From positions 30,752,001-30,816,000 of the forward strand of contig OX597828.1 in assembly GCA_951406725.2 (NCBI GenBank): a DNA stretch of 64,000 nt, written 5' to 3'. The notes under the pieces were generated by a model. The model worked only from the letters and a program-made list of their open reading frames with translations. It made no database searches and was not told the DNA's origin. Of this stretch, positions 40,161-53,995 are shown piece by piece (the stretch's first letter is position 1; each line of letters opens with the position of its first letter). The position numbers were made by a program, and so were the translations under genes. Source of the stretch: Octopus vulgaris (lineage: Eukaryota).

Positions 40161-41473
40161 AACTCACAAGGATGTTATTGCATTACGACCTGCAGAATTC
40201 TTAATGCAGAATTCCACCTACTTGGTGGAATTGGTCAAATATACCCCCAATCAATCCAACCAGATGGTGAGTCTCAACTGCAGAACGGTGATTCAAGAAT
40301 AACTAGTGACAGACACAATTCTAAAAGAACATACTAGTATATCAATAAGAAACTTGATGGAAATGTTGACCCTCTGTACAGAAACTACCTATTTCATTAT
40401 GAACACTGTTATATATCGACAAGGAGAGGGTTTAGCTATGGGCTCGCCATTATCACCGATAATAGCCAATGTATGCATAGAATACTTTGAGAATTTAGCT
40501 TTAGGATCCACCCCATTTAAACCAACCCTATGACTGCGATATGTTGATGACATCTTTATACACTGGCCCCACCAGGAAGATTTCCACGTGCTGTTACATC
40601 ATGTGAACTCAATAAAGACATCCATAAAGTTCTCAATGTAAAAGGAAAAAGAAAATCAGCTAGCATTCCTGGACGTGTTAATAACACGCAACAAGTATGG
40701 ATTCAGGATATCCGTATACTGCAAGCCGACCTTCACTGGACGATACCTGAACTTCAACTCCCACCATCCATACAGTGTAAAGAGAGGGATTGCTCAGTGA
40801 CTAAAACATCGAGCAAAGAGTATAAGCAGCGATCGTGATATACACCACGAAGAAGTGATGAAGGTCAGTAACTATATATTAAGCAACAGCTACCCCAAAA
40901 GCATACTCTCCACTTCAATTATAAGGAAAAGAGGGGACGAAACCGATAAAAAGAGGGGATGAAACCGATAAATTGTCTATAGTCTGTCTACCCTATGTGA
41001 AAAGCCTCTCCGTAAAGATACAACAGATATGCAGCCCATAAGACATAAGAACAGTATTCAAGAGTAAAACAACACTTCGCAAATATCTCATTCGGGTAAA
41101 ACTACCAACAGAAGACAATATGACCAAAGGCTGCGTGTACTCCATCCCATGCAACTGTGATAGGCTATACAAAGGCGAAACATGCCGCCCCCTCAAAATA
41201 AGGGTAGACAAATACTGGAAAGCTGTGACACGAGGAGATATTGATAAATCGGGTATAGTTGATCATGTATGAAAAAATGTAGACCACCTCCCCTGTGGGA
41301 TGAAGTTAAAATAATGGACAGAGAACACCACTGGAAATATGAAAACTAAAAGAAGCAGCACATATGCAAGGATAGAACAACCTCCTAAGCAGACCGAATG
41401 CAGATATGAATAGCATATGGGAACCAGTAATAAAGGATAGGAAAATATTAGATTTATAAGCCCCCAAAAATCA

Positions 41474-41545
41474 CGCATATGGCGTAGTGGTTAAGAGCGC
41501 GGGCTCCTAACTCCAAGATTCATAGTTCAATTCCAAGTAGTGACA
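41474..41545 (+). promoter_or_regulatory. tRNA-like segment with Pol III A and B boxes inside the PLE 3' region
   Basis: A box TGGCGTAGTGG 41480-41490, B box GTTCAATTCC 41525-41534; second copy on minus strand at 63890-63951. Confidence 0.65.
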
Positions 41546-41654
<109 letters not shown>

Positions 41655-41713
41655 CAACAACAACAACATCGAAAATACCTTAGGAATAAGAACCCTGATT
41701 CGAAATTTCCCCA

Positions 41714-41760
41714 AGACATGTGATGAAGGCTCGAGGGTATACGAGCCGAAACGTTGTGTT
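41714..41760 (+). ncRNA. PLE-associated minimal type-I hammerhead (core C->G variant)
   Basis: AGACAT-GTGATGA-A-GGCTCG AGGGTATA CGAGCC-GAAA-CGTT-GTGTT; homologues on minus strand at ~39932-39978 and ~62374-62420, and plus strand from 63972. Confidence 0.7.
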
Positions 41761-42797
41761 AACAACAAGCAAGATGAGGACACATACCCGTCAATTGTAA
41801 ATAATGTACATTTCTATAACATAAACTACTTAGGTAGCGCAGTGAAATATCATTCAAATGAAATCCTACCACCTTGAGATGTCATGGCATATTCATTTCG
41901 GCATTGTGTTTTAAAAGAAAGTGCAGACGAGCACTAAGTTGTCTTTGTAACGGGTTTCCATATTGAATTTTGATCAACGGTGAGACAAGAATTACAACAA
42001 CACAAAAACACATTTGATATAATAATTTGACATATACGACGTCCAGGCTGTTGCAAAAGATGTACACTCTATGAAATCGACACTAGTATATTACTGTGAC
42101 TACATATATCAACTTTAGATTGATACAAAATGAAAACTGAAGCCCTAGAGAAATTGGAACTCAAAATGTAAAATAAAGTAAACTGAATGTCACAAAGAAT
42201 TTTTGTTACTCACCACCTATGAGTAAATCTAAAAATATTGAAAATACATAATCAATCAAAAATCAAAAGTTTATAAATACAGTACATTAAGAATAAAAAA
42301 AAAATCCTTCACATGAGAGAAAGAATCATTGATCTATGCTATACTTAGATATTTATTTTGTTTTCTATTTTCCTTATCACTTAGAATTATTAAAGCAAGA
42401 TGCATTTGTCTTAGAAACGGAGACAAATGTCTTAGGCTTGAAGTGAAGAACTCCGACAAGATTTCTAGAATTACGTCAAAACGGCACCAGAGAGAATGGT
42501 CGTAACTTAATGTCTGTGGAATGACAGATTATTCTTTGATTTCTTCTTTTCTTATATGTTACACTTCTCCCTCTATTTTCTTTATTTTCTATTCTGTGCG
42601 TGCTTTTAAGACATTTTAAATTTCGAAATAACAAGTAAATAAAAATCGTGCAAAGGAAAATGTCTTAAATATATATGTATTCACATTTTATGGAAAGACA
42701 TATTTAGTTGCCACAAATAGTTATCTAACTGTTTACTCTATAGTTACTGCTATTGCTTTTGCTACTACATTATACACAGAAATACTCAAGAACACTC

Positions 42798-42832
<35 letters not shown>

Positions 42833-43419
42833 CAATTATATGTGTGTATGTGAGAGTTTATGTGAGCATATATATAATCGTGTATATATATATGAATGTT
42901 CATATACATAAACCTTTGTGTATACACGCGATACATAAGTAAGCGTATATTTCAATATATGAATATAAGTTTTATAAATGTATGAATAAAGAGGTGCATA
43001 TGTATCTTTACTAAAGTATATGGTACAATGTATATATATATATATATATATATATATTGCAGACGCATTTCGGAGTATAAATGTATAAGATAGTATATAG
43101 ATTATATGTTTATCCATCTGTCTCTATAGCAATGCACATGAAAGTATATACTTTAAACCATGCGTTTGTATGTCTGTGTATATGTGAATTTGCCTGCATA
43201 TATGCATTACTCTGTCAGCAGGAGTAGTTAAAAGGCTAAAATGCACAGAATTGTTTCTATATATATTTTCACCTAAAATGTATAAAACTATATTTTTACC
43301 TGTTTAAATACGAAAAGCTTAACCAGACGCACATTTCCGTTGCTATACCATTTTATTGAAGAATGCATCGAAATTTATCGTTATTCAATTTTCCCTTTTT
43401 ATCCGTTCCAATGTTTTGC

Positions 43420-43800
43420 CTTATATTTCTGCATTATTAATTATAGGAAAAGACATGCTTCTTTTTGAAATTTTTTTATGGTAATCAATATTGCTTTTAT
43501 CGATGTGAACAAATTTTCCGTTAATTTTTCTCCTGCATTTTTTATATAATTGGCATTGGATTATAAAAATCTTTAAGGGCATTAGTATTTTAAAAATGTA
43601 ATGATGGTGTACAAAAGTGAAATGCAACATGGGTCTTCCTCTGGGTAAACAAATTTACGCACTTCCTCAAAATTACCCTTATGATAATCCTTGGAACAAT
43701 GCTGAACGTCACGGCAACGAGATCGAGGAATTGTATTTTACGATCTCTAACAAATGAAAGTGCCATCTAGCAGGTAGAATCGCATATTTGTCCATTACTC
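43420..43800 (-). pseudogene. Decayed Cys-loop receptor remnant
   Basis: VSTSNGQICDSTC*MALSF, PMLHFTFVH, YIFKILMPLKIFII (M1), NAGEKLT (pre-M2), SMSFPII. Confidence 0.5.
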
Positions 43801-44739
43801 GTACTCACAGAAGCATACATACAAAATGTGTCGTCGATATAGAATGTTTTTTGCTATGTCGTACGTAACGAACGCGCAAACGCACACATACACTCACAGA
43901 CAAATATACGCACATATAAAAGATGTGACGTCATCGTCGTCTAGGTATAAAATATCGTTTATTATTATTGCATATAAAGATTTCTTAAATAAAATGTTAT
44001 GTTGTTTTAATCCAAATGATAATAAAAATTACGTGTTGACACTCGCGGGGTCTAATACTATTACCATGTAAAATTTGATTTGATTTGGTCGACTCGTTTG
44101 AGAATGCATAGGGAACTGACAGACAGATAGACAGACAGACAAAGACCATTATATATAGGGAGATAATTGTCCCACACATGTCGGACAATTATTATGAAGA
44201 AATCAACTATAATTAAACAGGAAGTTTGACTATTCTAATTCTTCGTCCTTCTTATCAATTATTGTACTACACACACACACGCAGATTTTTTGTATACGAA
44301 TATTGTTTGTTCCTGAAAACGTTCTAGGGTTATAATGTATTGCGTGACGAAAGCTTATAGTTAGTTACAAAATCCCAGTGCTTGCAATTTGTTTTTGAAA
44401 TGATATTAGAAAGTCAAATAATTTCATTATGGTATTAATAAACTTAGCAAATAGCTAATTATGATATCTTTAGGGATGCTTTCTTAATATTCAAGTAAGA
44501 AATATATACTGTGATTTCTGTACAAATGAAATTCCGTGTCATTGTACAGTTATCTATCAACTGCCAATATATGTGTATCGATGTTCTAAATTTCAGTATA
44601 TTTGTTTATATTCTAGAGCGTTCTTTAATGCTAAACATACAATCCGAAAACAGCTGTGGAAATGTGACCTGTCTGTCCTCATTATTTGTATCTGTAATTT
44701 TGACATATTGCACATTAACTATTATCACTGAATGAATAC

Positions 44740-45500
44740 TTTATCTAGTAAACGTTATAACCTTCGCTTACCGCTAAATTAATTTGACGAGTCGCAATGC
44801 CGCAATCGCGTCATTCTTCATAAAGGTCACGAAACAATGATTGCTTCTATAATTATTATATGATCAAATGAGAAAAGATCAGAGTTTATATAGTTAGATT
44901 AACATAATGAAATTATATTAGTTGTTATATAAACCAGTTTGAAACTTCTGAATATTGTAAAGATAATCAGCGAACAAGTGAATTGCTATTCCACACGGTG
45001 AAGATTGATACATAAATATATCATTATTGAACTTGGAAATATAGTATGGCATTTTGAATTTCCTTCTCAATAGTAAATATCAAATATAATACTTTTTCTG
45101 TTAGTATTGCTAGAGCTGTGCCTTTAAGCTACATTAGAAATTGTGACTCGTTCCATATCAGGCACTCAACGAGTTTTGTCTCAGTAGTAAGAGAATCGTT
45201 TCCCTTGACACAAACACTTTTGGTAGAACATTGTACTTACGCCATTGCATTTACCAGAAAGCCCCATCAGTTTACAAAAATAGGTAGCGGCTTCATGGTA
45301 TTTTTTAAAGAATCAAGCACAGATGCCATCTCACTTTCGCAATCGAATATTCCTGCGATGTACATTGAGTATCCAATTCTTTTCAAAATTCGGTAATATT
45401 TGCAGTTTGGGGAAGTTGCAAGTATTCTATTAGTAGCGATCATTTGTACAAATTCTACTGGAATTTTGATTCCTTGTTTTTTCACTCATAGTTCTTACAT
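44740..45500 (+). pseudogene. Decayed Cys-loop receptor remnant
   Basis: KRYNLRLPLN, III*SNEK, then in ORF 45118..45396 TYAIAFTRKPHQF, MVFFKESSTDAISLS, followed by VASILLVAIICTNSTGILI (M3-like). Confidence 0.5.
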
Positions 45501-45616
45501 ATAAAAAGGCAAACGCATTAGAACTAATATTTACACATTTCACCAAGGTCATAACACACACACACACATAATCGCACGCACACATACATATATATATATA
45601 TATATATGTAATGCTG

Positions 45617-45657
<41 letters not shown>

Positions 45658-45739
45658 ATTCCAGGACAGTCAATGGCTACTTGATGGCCACCACTGACAT
45701 GAAGCACTGATGTCACGTCAGTATTCATTATAATCATTA

Positions 45740-47480
45740 GGAGACTGTTATAACTCAGTTACAGAACTAAATTTCCTTTCCTGAGAGATACCGTGGCATG
45801 CAATCAAGCCTTATGCATACCACTCACTAAAATACCCCTAAAATTCGACATCGTAGATATAGATATACATGTACAAAGTATGTTGTTTTGCGAAGTGACC
45901 GAAAAGAAGGGATTCATGGTGGACTTGCAATGTATGTGCTTGAAAACTTCACATCCCAGATTCTTTTGTCAAACCGACACTAGTTGTTCATATAATACGA
46001 CTCTATATATTGATATGAACTATTTATCGCCCACAAGATGCTCTAAATGGCACTGGCCAATTCGAAGAATGCCTTGCTATATTAGAAGCACTAATGGAAA
46101 GAGAAGAACACACCAGTGTGCTTCTCATAGGAGACTTCATCTTCCCAACGTAGAATGGCCTGTGAGCCTTTCCCTTTCAGAAGTAATGCAATGTGAACGT
46201 AGGCAGGTGGCATACCTGTCGAAACTCATCAACAACTTCTACATGGAAATTGTAATACTCCGAGTTACTAGGGCAAACAATATAATTGATCTCTGCTTCA
46301 GAAACAATATGTTATTTAATACTAGCAGTAGATGAGTTAGACGCAATCTCAGCTACTGTCTCGACGGGCTCATAACACTCCTTCTCTAATCATGCAAGCG
46401 AAGCCTTGCAAAACGAGTGCAGCTTCTTTTTCATAGCATCCTTGTAGGTGATAAGCTCCCATGAACATTGAAAGAGGGAATCTTATACCCTATACATAAG
46501 TAGGAAGCAGAGCGGATGCTATAAATGATAGAAATATCGCCCTAACATCATACATAAGCAGTCTTGGAACGAACAGCCTGAAGGAAGATGCTGAATGACA
46601 CACAGTTTTCGACAAGAGAGAAGGTGCTTGATACAGCTCCTGCAACACTACTACTGGGTGTTAAGGTAGCTGCTGAAATACTCAAATGTTGACATGAATA
46701 ATCTCGACTTTGCAAATGCCTTTGATAAATTCAACCAAGATATGTCACAGGTTATGTAATCTCGACATAGTAGGAAACATTGTGGAGTGGCTACTTGACT
46801 TTCTAAAAGATAGAAATCTGGTAGTAATCGCCAACGGTGTACCGCCAAGGAAACGCAAATAATGAGTGGTGTATCACAAGGAATTGACTTAGGGTCGTAG
46901 CTATTCACAGTGGCCCTCACAGACATAGTCACCACATAGTGTAAAATTTACCATGCGAGTCGAAGCAATCCAGCGAAGCTACACAAAGAAGATCGTTTCA
47001 ATGCAACATGTCAGCTATTGGGAGAAACTGAAAAAGTTAAGACCCTATTCTCTAGACCGAATGCTGGAAAGTTATGCGGTCATACACATCTGGAAAATCG
47101 TTGAAAAACTTGTAACAAACTTTGGCATTGACGTTTTCAAAAAGAACGGAATGGGACGCCACTGCATAGTACGCTCAATGCTAACATTGCCATCAGACAA
47201 TAGGCCCAGATACAGAAGCTTGGGTTCCAAGGGCCCACAGCTCTCCAATATTACCTTTAAGAGCCTGAGAGGTCTACATGAGATGGATGTAGGCGTCTTC
47301 AAAACAAAAGTGGATGTCCTTGTGTTGAGAGTTCTATATGAACCTAACACCTGGCAAGAAACACAGATAAATGAGCGACATTAAAGAATCTCATTCCTCA
47401 AATGTCACATATCAAGTAACATTGGGGCCCCAGCATGGCCACAGCTTTCGAGCCGAGGACTTTAATAAAAACAAAATAGC
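45740..47480 (+). mobile_element. CR1/L2-type LINE, internally deleted (APE + RT + C-terminus + 3' tail)
   Basis: GDFIFP / NVEW, VTRANNIIDLCFRNN (APE); NVDMNNLDFANAFDK, EWLLDFLKDR, SGVSQG (RT); VEAIQRSYTKKI..YWEKLKKL..YAVIHIWKI; tail ccccagcatggccacagc. Confidence 0.88.
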
Positions 47481-47684
47481 AGTACACACACACACACACA
47501 CACACACACATAAGTATTTAACGTCACTGGTTTTGTTTCATTTGAATAAACAAATGGCTATGCCTTTAAAGCATGCAAAATATTTGCAGATCATATCTAG
47601 TAGTGCAATTTCCATAGAAGTGGCATGTACTCAAAAATACAGGTCATTCAAGAGTATTAAGACTCATTATACGGCTTTATAATC

Positions 47685-48170
47685 AATGCTTAATTATTAA
47701 GATGAAAGTAATTTTATTTGAAGACGAACTGATCTTCCCACTCTCCAAATTTATACAACGCTGAAGAACACGGTAAAAATTCACATAAGCTTCCTTTTGG
47801 TTTCTAGCTTCAATACTCCGTTCAGGGTTTCTTCCCTCATTGCGTACTTCATTCATATGTTTGCATTTGTAAATCAAATATTCAGAAATTTTTAAATTGG
47901 AATTTATTAAAACTTTAGTGAAGAACGTAACATTATTCAATTGCTAAGGCACAATGTACTTTACTAATATGAAAAGATATAAATCTAATGTCAAACAGTT
48001 ATTCAAACTATTTTCTCAGCGGTATAATATATATGGTAGGCGAAAGAGCTCGTTCGGATTTTGTGCAGATGAAGCACCGCCACGACCTCTAATAAGCTGC
48101 TAACTTTAGTCGGTCCCCTGTGTAATTCCCCATGCAGATTGAGCACCTCATGTGTATTTCACAAAAACTT
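47685..48170 (-). pseudogene. Decayed Cys-loop receptor remnant
   Basis: HEVLNLHGEL, NELFRLPYIL..ENS, NNVTFF, INLESGKISSSSNKITFILII. Confidence 0.45.
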
Positions 48171-49969
48171 TGCGTAAGAGCCTATTACTGCTGCAGTTCT
48201 TAAATATCTACATTGCAAGTATATTTGTAACACCTCTAATTAAGTGAATACCAATTTGAATTTGGAGGAAGATATGCCATTGTATATTTAATAAATCATT
48301 ACTACCTGTAATCAGGTATGTAATATATGTTAACTATAAATCACTACATGATGATGACTAAGGTTAATTTATTATATCAACAAACACCTAATTAATGCTA
48401 ATTAGATATCCACTGATTCATGTTAGTGTATAGTTACCTTAAAATTCTGCTTCGTGGATTGTAGGGATTGCTAGTTTCAGACAAAATGTCATGCGGTACT
48501 TAGCTATACTTCGTTAATAACTGGGCTCAAATTTCGAGGAATTCAAAATTGTTCTCATACTCCAAGAACCGGAAAATAAAATATCATTTATGAAAATCAA
48601 CCGAAAGAGTTGACATATCTTTTGTAAAAACTTGCAACCCGGTGTATTTATCAGAAATAATGACTTGATGTATTTTATCGATATTAAATTATTTGAAACA
48701 GTACAGCCCACCATGATTCATTAAAACGTTTAGGTTTAAATCTTAATATTCTGAGTTCAAGACACATCGAGTAGTATTATGTTCCCTGGATGGGATAATC
48801 AAAACTTTACCAGTCTTTACCAGTGACGAACTGTCGTGAATCCCGTGCTCTAACATGATATGAATAAGCGTTCCTCCCCAACAACTGAAATTAATTTGCT
48901 ATTTCATTTGCGAAATTCAAAACTGCGCATAGTATTAAATTAAATTCATGCATTAAAGTAAAAAAAAAACCAACAATTCTACCATACGTTCCAACTAAAT
49001 TGATTGATATCACACGAATTTGTAATTTTGGGTTAAATTGAACTATAAAATTAATAGTTTTCATTTTATTATTTATGCAACATAAAAAGGGTTAAAATGA
49101 ACAGTTGTTAACTCATTGATGCTTTATGCACGGAAACATTACACTAAACATTTAATAGGTAGATTTATATAACTTTTCTGGTTGCCTTTGTGTTATATTC
49201 GGCATATTCGCATTCCTTTTATCTCTGCAACCAGGATTGTGAGTTTCTGTAATATATTCCGAAATATAATTATTCCTAATTTAAGTATAAATCATATGTA
49301 ATTAAACATCACAGATGCAATCATAGAGAATTAGCTGAAGCGTGAAGACGAGTGTAAATATTCCCGTTTGGTATTCTCGTATATTTCATAAGTGATACTT
49401 CACTTACAATACAACATGAAAGAAATACGATGCATGTCAATTCCCATATATTCTACTCAATTTGTGGACACTCGTGCGTTTGAAATTCTAATGCTTATAA
49501 TAACTTTATATAGGATCTAATCTAATTAGATTTTCAATCAAATCAAACAGATAACTATTATGCATATAATTACGTTGAATAACTTCTAGAATGGCATGTT
49601 AAATGTAATGCAATAAAATATGATTCTAACATATCAGTATATCCGATCTATAACAAATGTACAAAAGTCAGGAACAAAATCATCTCTTAGGCTTTGCATA
49701 TATTTTAAATAGTTGCTTCTGGTCAACTCGGGTCGATTTTACTTAATTCTCAGCTTATTCTTTTTATGACCATGACGGCTTATTTCAAGTATAGTACACA
49801 TATGTCTACATAATACAATCTATCCATCATATTTGCTTTCATAGAAACAGCATTATGTGATGTAATAACTAATTAACTACTATTTTGTATCGAGAAAATA
49901 CATAATGCCTTCCTGGATCGATTTTCTTATATATATATATATACATATATATACTGGTAAATTGCAAGG

Positions 49970-50760
49970 GACTTATGTACCTCTAGCTAAGAATATAAAC
50001 CAGATTTAGTCATTTACAGAGGTAGAATATCAAATGCAAATTTTCTCAATGTTTCTTAGATCTAAATAGAGACATCCACTGATGATAGGGAAAATAAACA
50101 TACCTTGTTTCTTTTTTTTTTGTTTAAATATACATTAGAAAATTGAATGTTTCCTATCGGTGCATTTGGGCATCACAGAACACCACCAATGAAGGTAACA
50201 ATTTTTTCCAGAACATATTTCAAGGCAAATTGGCACTTAAAAGAACAAATGCAAAACTATGCTACAACAATAAAATGATGAAAGAAAATTCGTAGCATGA
50301 TCGTGTGTAATCACGTGTATATTTCCCCATCGTTGTGTATCTATATAATCTGTAGATTACAGCTGACGCTTACATTAGGCACAATAACCAAAATACGAAA
50401 TATTTCTCGATTTCATCAGTACCAAAATGAGTTTTCTTTTCCGCTACGGTATTGACCACGGTAGAGGATTGACACCGCAATCGCTTACATTAGGCTTTGT
50501 ATGATTTCCTTGCTAAATACTTCGCTGACGTTCGAATCTAGATGTCACACAATCTCATATAACTGAATTAAGTTTAAATATAGAAATGCATGATACATAT
50601 AACTACTTGAAAGGTGATTTTCAAGAATGATTAGTAATTATCAGAAAATTAAATGTATATCCTGTAGACTTGGCATCGCAGTTGTAGCCCATGCGAAAGT
50701 GATAGATACACATTTGGAACATTTCCGCCATATTAATACTCAGGATGTGCTGTGTACAAT
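49970..50760 (+). pseudogene. Decayed Cys-loop receptor remnant
   Basis: SFTEVEYQMQIFSMFLRSK*RHPLMIG (50010-50090), TNEGNNFFQNIF, YFPIVVYLYNL*ITADA (M1), EIFLDFISTKM (M2 end), AKVID (pre-M4). Confidence 0.55.
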
Positions 50761-50939
50761 CTAGAGAATATTACCTGAGTTTTATGAAGCAGAGCTAACA
50801 TATGACTTTTACAGACAACCTATCCACCTACCGAAGGTCATCTACATAAAGTTTTCATCGCCAGAGGAAACTGATAATGCAGACAAATTGAACATCTTAA
50901 CACTTTAAGATGCCTTTACAATATATGGCAACGTAACAT

Positions 50940-51115
<176 letters not shown>

Positions 51116-51357
51116 TAACTGTCTTATTTTCGTTGTGGTCATTATAAAAGCATCGTTAGTAATTGCATTTAATGTTCCATGTAAGATGGTGACAACGTAG
51201 AATCGTGTTATAGTTAGGAAAATGTTATGTATACGGAATATAAATATTGCCAGTTACGAAACAAATAGAAACATAAAGCCAGTGTTTCTTTACAAATATT
51301 TTTATTTACAAAAGAGAAACAGAATAAATTATTTGTGACAAATGTTATTCTAGAAGA

Positions 51358-51452
<95 letters not shown>

Positions 51453-51528
51453 TATATGTATATATATATATAGTAATACATGTATATATATATATATATA
51501 TATTCATATATGTATATATATATATATG

Positions 51529-51583
<55 letters not shown>

Positions 51584-51590
51584 GTATATA

Positions 51591-51644
<54 letters not shown>

Positions 51645-52144
51645 CATACGCATATGTATTTGTATAATTGTATGTGTGCGTGTGTGTACGTGTGGCTCTT
51701 TGTGTGTATATATATGCGTGTCTGCACACGTATATGTATACATATGTATAAATACACATACACATATATATGCGTGTATATATATATATTTACACCTGTA
51801 TACACAGATACATATATAAATATTTATATATTTAAGCATATACATATATGCATGTGTCATATGTCGACATACACATATACACATATGTATATGTTCATAT
51901 ATTCTTTCAGTTGTAAATAGACACACTTTCATTTATCATTGTTATATCATGTCACTTCCTTTTCCAAAAGCTGAATATTTGTTGCAATTACCATTGTCGT
52001 TTTCTTTCCTTGCGTAAATTTTTCTGTATATTCTCCTCTTAAACGTGACACTATTTGTCTTCATCTAAAACCTGGCAAACTTATTTCATTATATCTTGCA
52101 CCTGCTTCTTAGTTTGTTTCAATTCAAAACATGAATATATACAC

Positions 52145-52410
52145 AACTACCTGCCTCTCCACTAACCTACGTACGTACGTACGTACCTACCTACCTGCGT
52201 GCCTGACGATCAGCCGACCTGCTGGAGTACGTACGTATGTCTGTCCGCCTGGCTGCCTACCTATCTATAAACCTAGCCACCTACCTGCCTGTCTGCCTGC
52301 CTGTCAGGCGGCCGTCCTGCTTGAGTACTTACCTCCTATCAACACACCTGCCAGCCTGCCTGCCTACCTATCTACAGACCTACCTACCTACTTTCATACC
52401 AGCATACCTG
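52145..52410. repeat. Degenerate (CCTA/CCTG/CGTA)n tetranucleotide tract
   Basis: Direct reading. Confidence 0.8.
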
Positions 52411-52766
52411 AGCTTCCTATCTTTGTTCAAAACCTGCACCTTCCACAAAGGAAAAAATTGAATGATTAAATGTAGAAGAGAAATTATGTTTACATTTATA
52501 CATATGTATATACATTTTTTCGGCTGATACAGGTTAGAGTTTGTGCAAGTGCGATGCATACGTCCATTTTAGCGTGTGATTATAGACGTAATGTTTTGAG
52601 GTAGGAAGAACTAGTGTTAAAGGTGTGGTGGTTGTAAACCAACCTGTAATATTCTTACAAAATCATTCAGAGATATGCTTCATGGGTAAAATAACCAAAT
52701 GAACCCTTTAAATGAACATTACAAGGCATATACATACATGCATATACATATGCACATACATACATA

Positions 52767-52827
<61 letters not shown>

Positions 52828-52832
<5 letters not shown>

Positions 52833-53482
52833 TTATAATTAAGGGCTAAAGAAGGTTATTCTAAAGCCAATACACTGATTTATCCACTTATAATCCACTC
52901 GTTACAGGAAAATTGAACTGAAAGCGGGCAACTAACCTTTAGAAAATTTTAATTTCGTTATCTCTATATTGAATCAATTTCGGAATTAATCCCTATAAAG
53001 GATACATTCTTCTTCAGTAGAGCTTACGAGGAATATGTATAAAATACTCACTGTGATCATGGAAAAAGCAGCAGCTAAAAACACAACTACATTTAAGTAC
53101 ATCATTTATATCTAAAAATAAACATTCCTTGGTCAGTCTCAGAACAACGCGTTGACCTATCGCCGCTACATATTGTAATGGTTACCGCTCCCCTTGTAAC
53201 GAGCAGTGAGTTTACTACTAACAATATAGGATGAAGTCCCTTTCTCTACAGAAAAGGATTCCATCAAAAAGCGTGGCAGTATATTAAAAAAAACCTTTAC
53301 GGTTGAAGTATAAACATCTTATAATTAAGGGCTAAAGAAGGTTATTCTAAAGCCAATACACTGATTTATCCACTTATAATCCACTTGTTACAGGAAAACT
53401 GATCTGAAAGCCGGCAAATAACTTTTAGAAAATTTAAATTTCGTTATCTCTATATTGAATCAATTTCGGAATTAATCCTTAT
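52828..53482 (-). mobile_element. Head-to-tail 486-bp-period element with hammerhead (retrozyme-like or PLE pLTR tandem)
   Basis: Direct repeats 52828-52996 and 53314-53482, flanked on both sides by (TA)n; no ORF. Confidence 0.7.
52962..53022 (-). ncRNA. Type-I hammerhead ribozyme
   Basis: Minus strand CTCTA-CTGAAGA-[A GAAT gt ATCCTT tat AGGGAT ta ATTC C]-GAAA-TTG ATT CAA-TA|TAGAG: stems I, II, III and core all present; the 10.1-11.1 pair is A.C. Confidence 0.8.
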
Positions 53483-53759
53483 ATATATATATAGTATTGT
53501 TATAATGTTAATATTTTTTTTAATGCTATGTTTGTTCAAATGCGGTCACAGGAATTTATTTATGGCTAATTGTCTAACAGATTATATATCCACATACAGG
53601 TATAACGTTTTCACAACCACAGAGGAGTTTCTTTGTCACCATGTAAAGCAAACTAGGCATTTACGCAGCAAAGCTGTATTATTATTATGGAGATATACAC
53701 AGCCATAGACCTTTATGAATTAAATATTCATCACTGAAGAATTACACGTCGTTTGCTTT

Positions 53760-53995
53760 CAAAGAGAATAACGGCTTGCAATTAGTTTTGTGTGGAGGAA
53801 TTCGCACAGGATTATAGGTTTCTGTGTACTTGAAATGAGAAGGACAGAGCTAATTCGTTCTTGCTCCAGAAACATTAATATCATCGATATAGTAAATAAA
53901 AAAACAAAAAAACTCGCGTAGAACGAAATTGTGTCGTGTTTCATTTGTGTGTCAGAATATGTTATAGCATCGCAAATGACTTCGTATTGCATATT
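53760..53995 (-). pseudogene. Decayed Cys-loop receptor remnant
   Basis: ORF 53759..53992: EVICDAITYSDTQ (Cys-loop-like), SFFVFLFTISMILMF (M1), ERISS, IILCEFLHT. Confidence 0.45.

Noticed and set aside
41474-41545. Functional tRNA gene
   Set aside because: A and B boxes are present but there is no proper acceptor stem; it is part of a repeat module.
45235-45485. Minus-strand ORF followed by a perfect GTAAGT donor
   Set aside because: The frame stops before the donor, there is no good acceptor, and the plus strand fits Cys-loop motifs better.
48500-48715. Further receptor-like remnant (STERVDIS..VYLSEIM)
   Set aside because: Too few ordered motifs to separate from chance.
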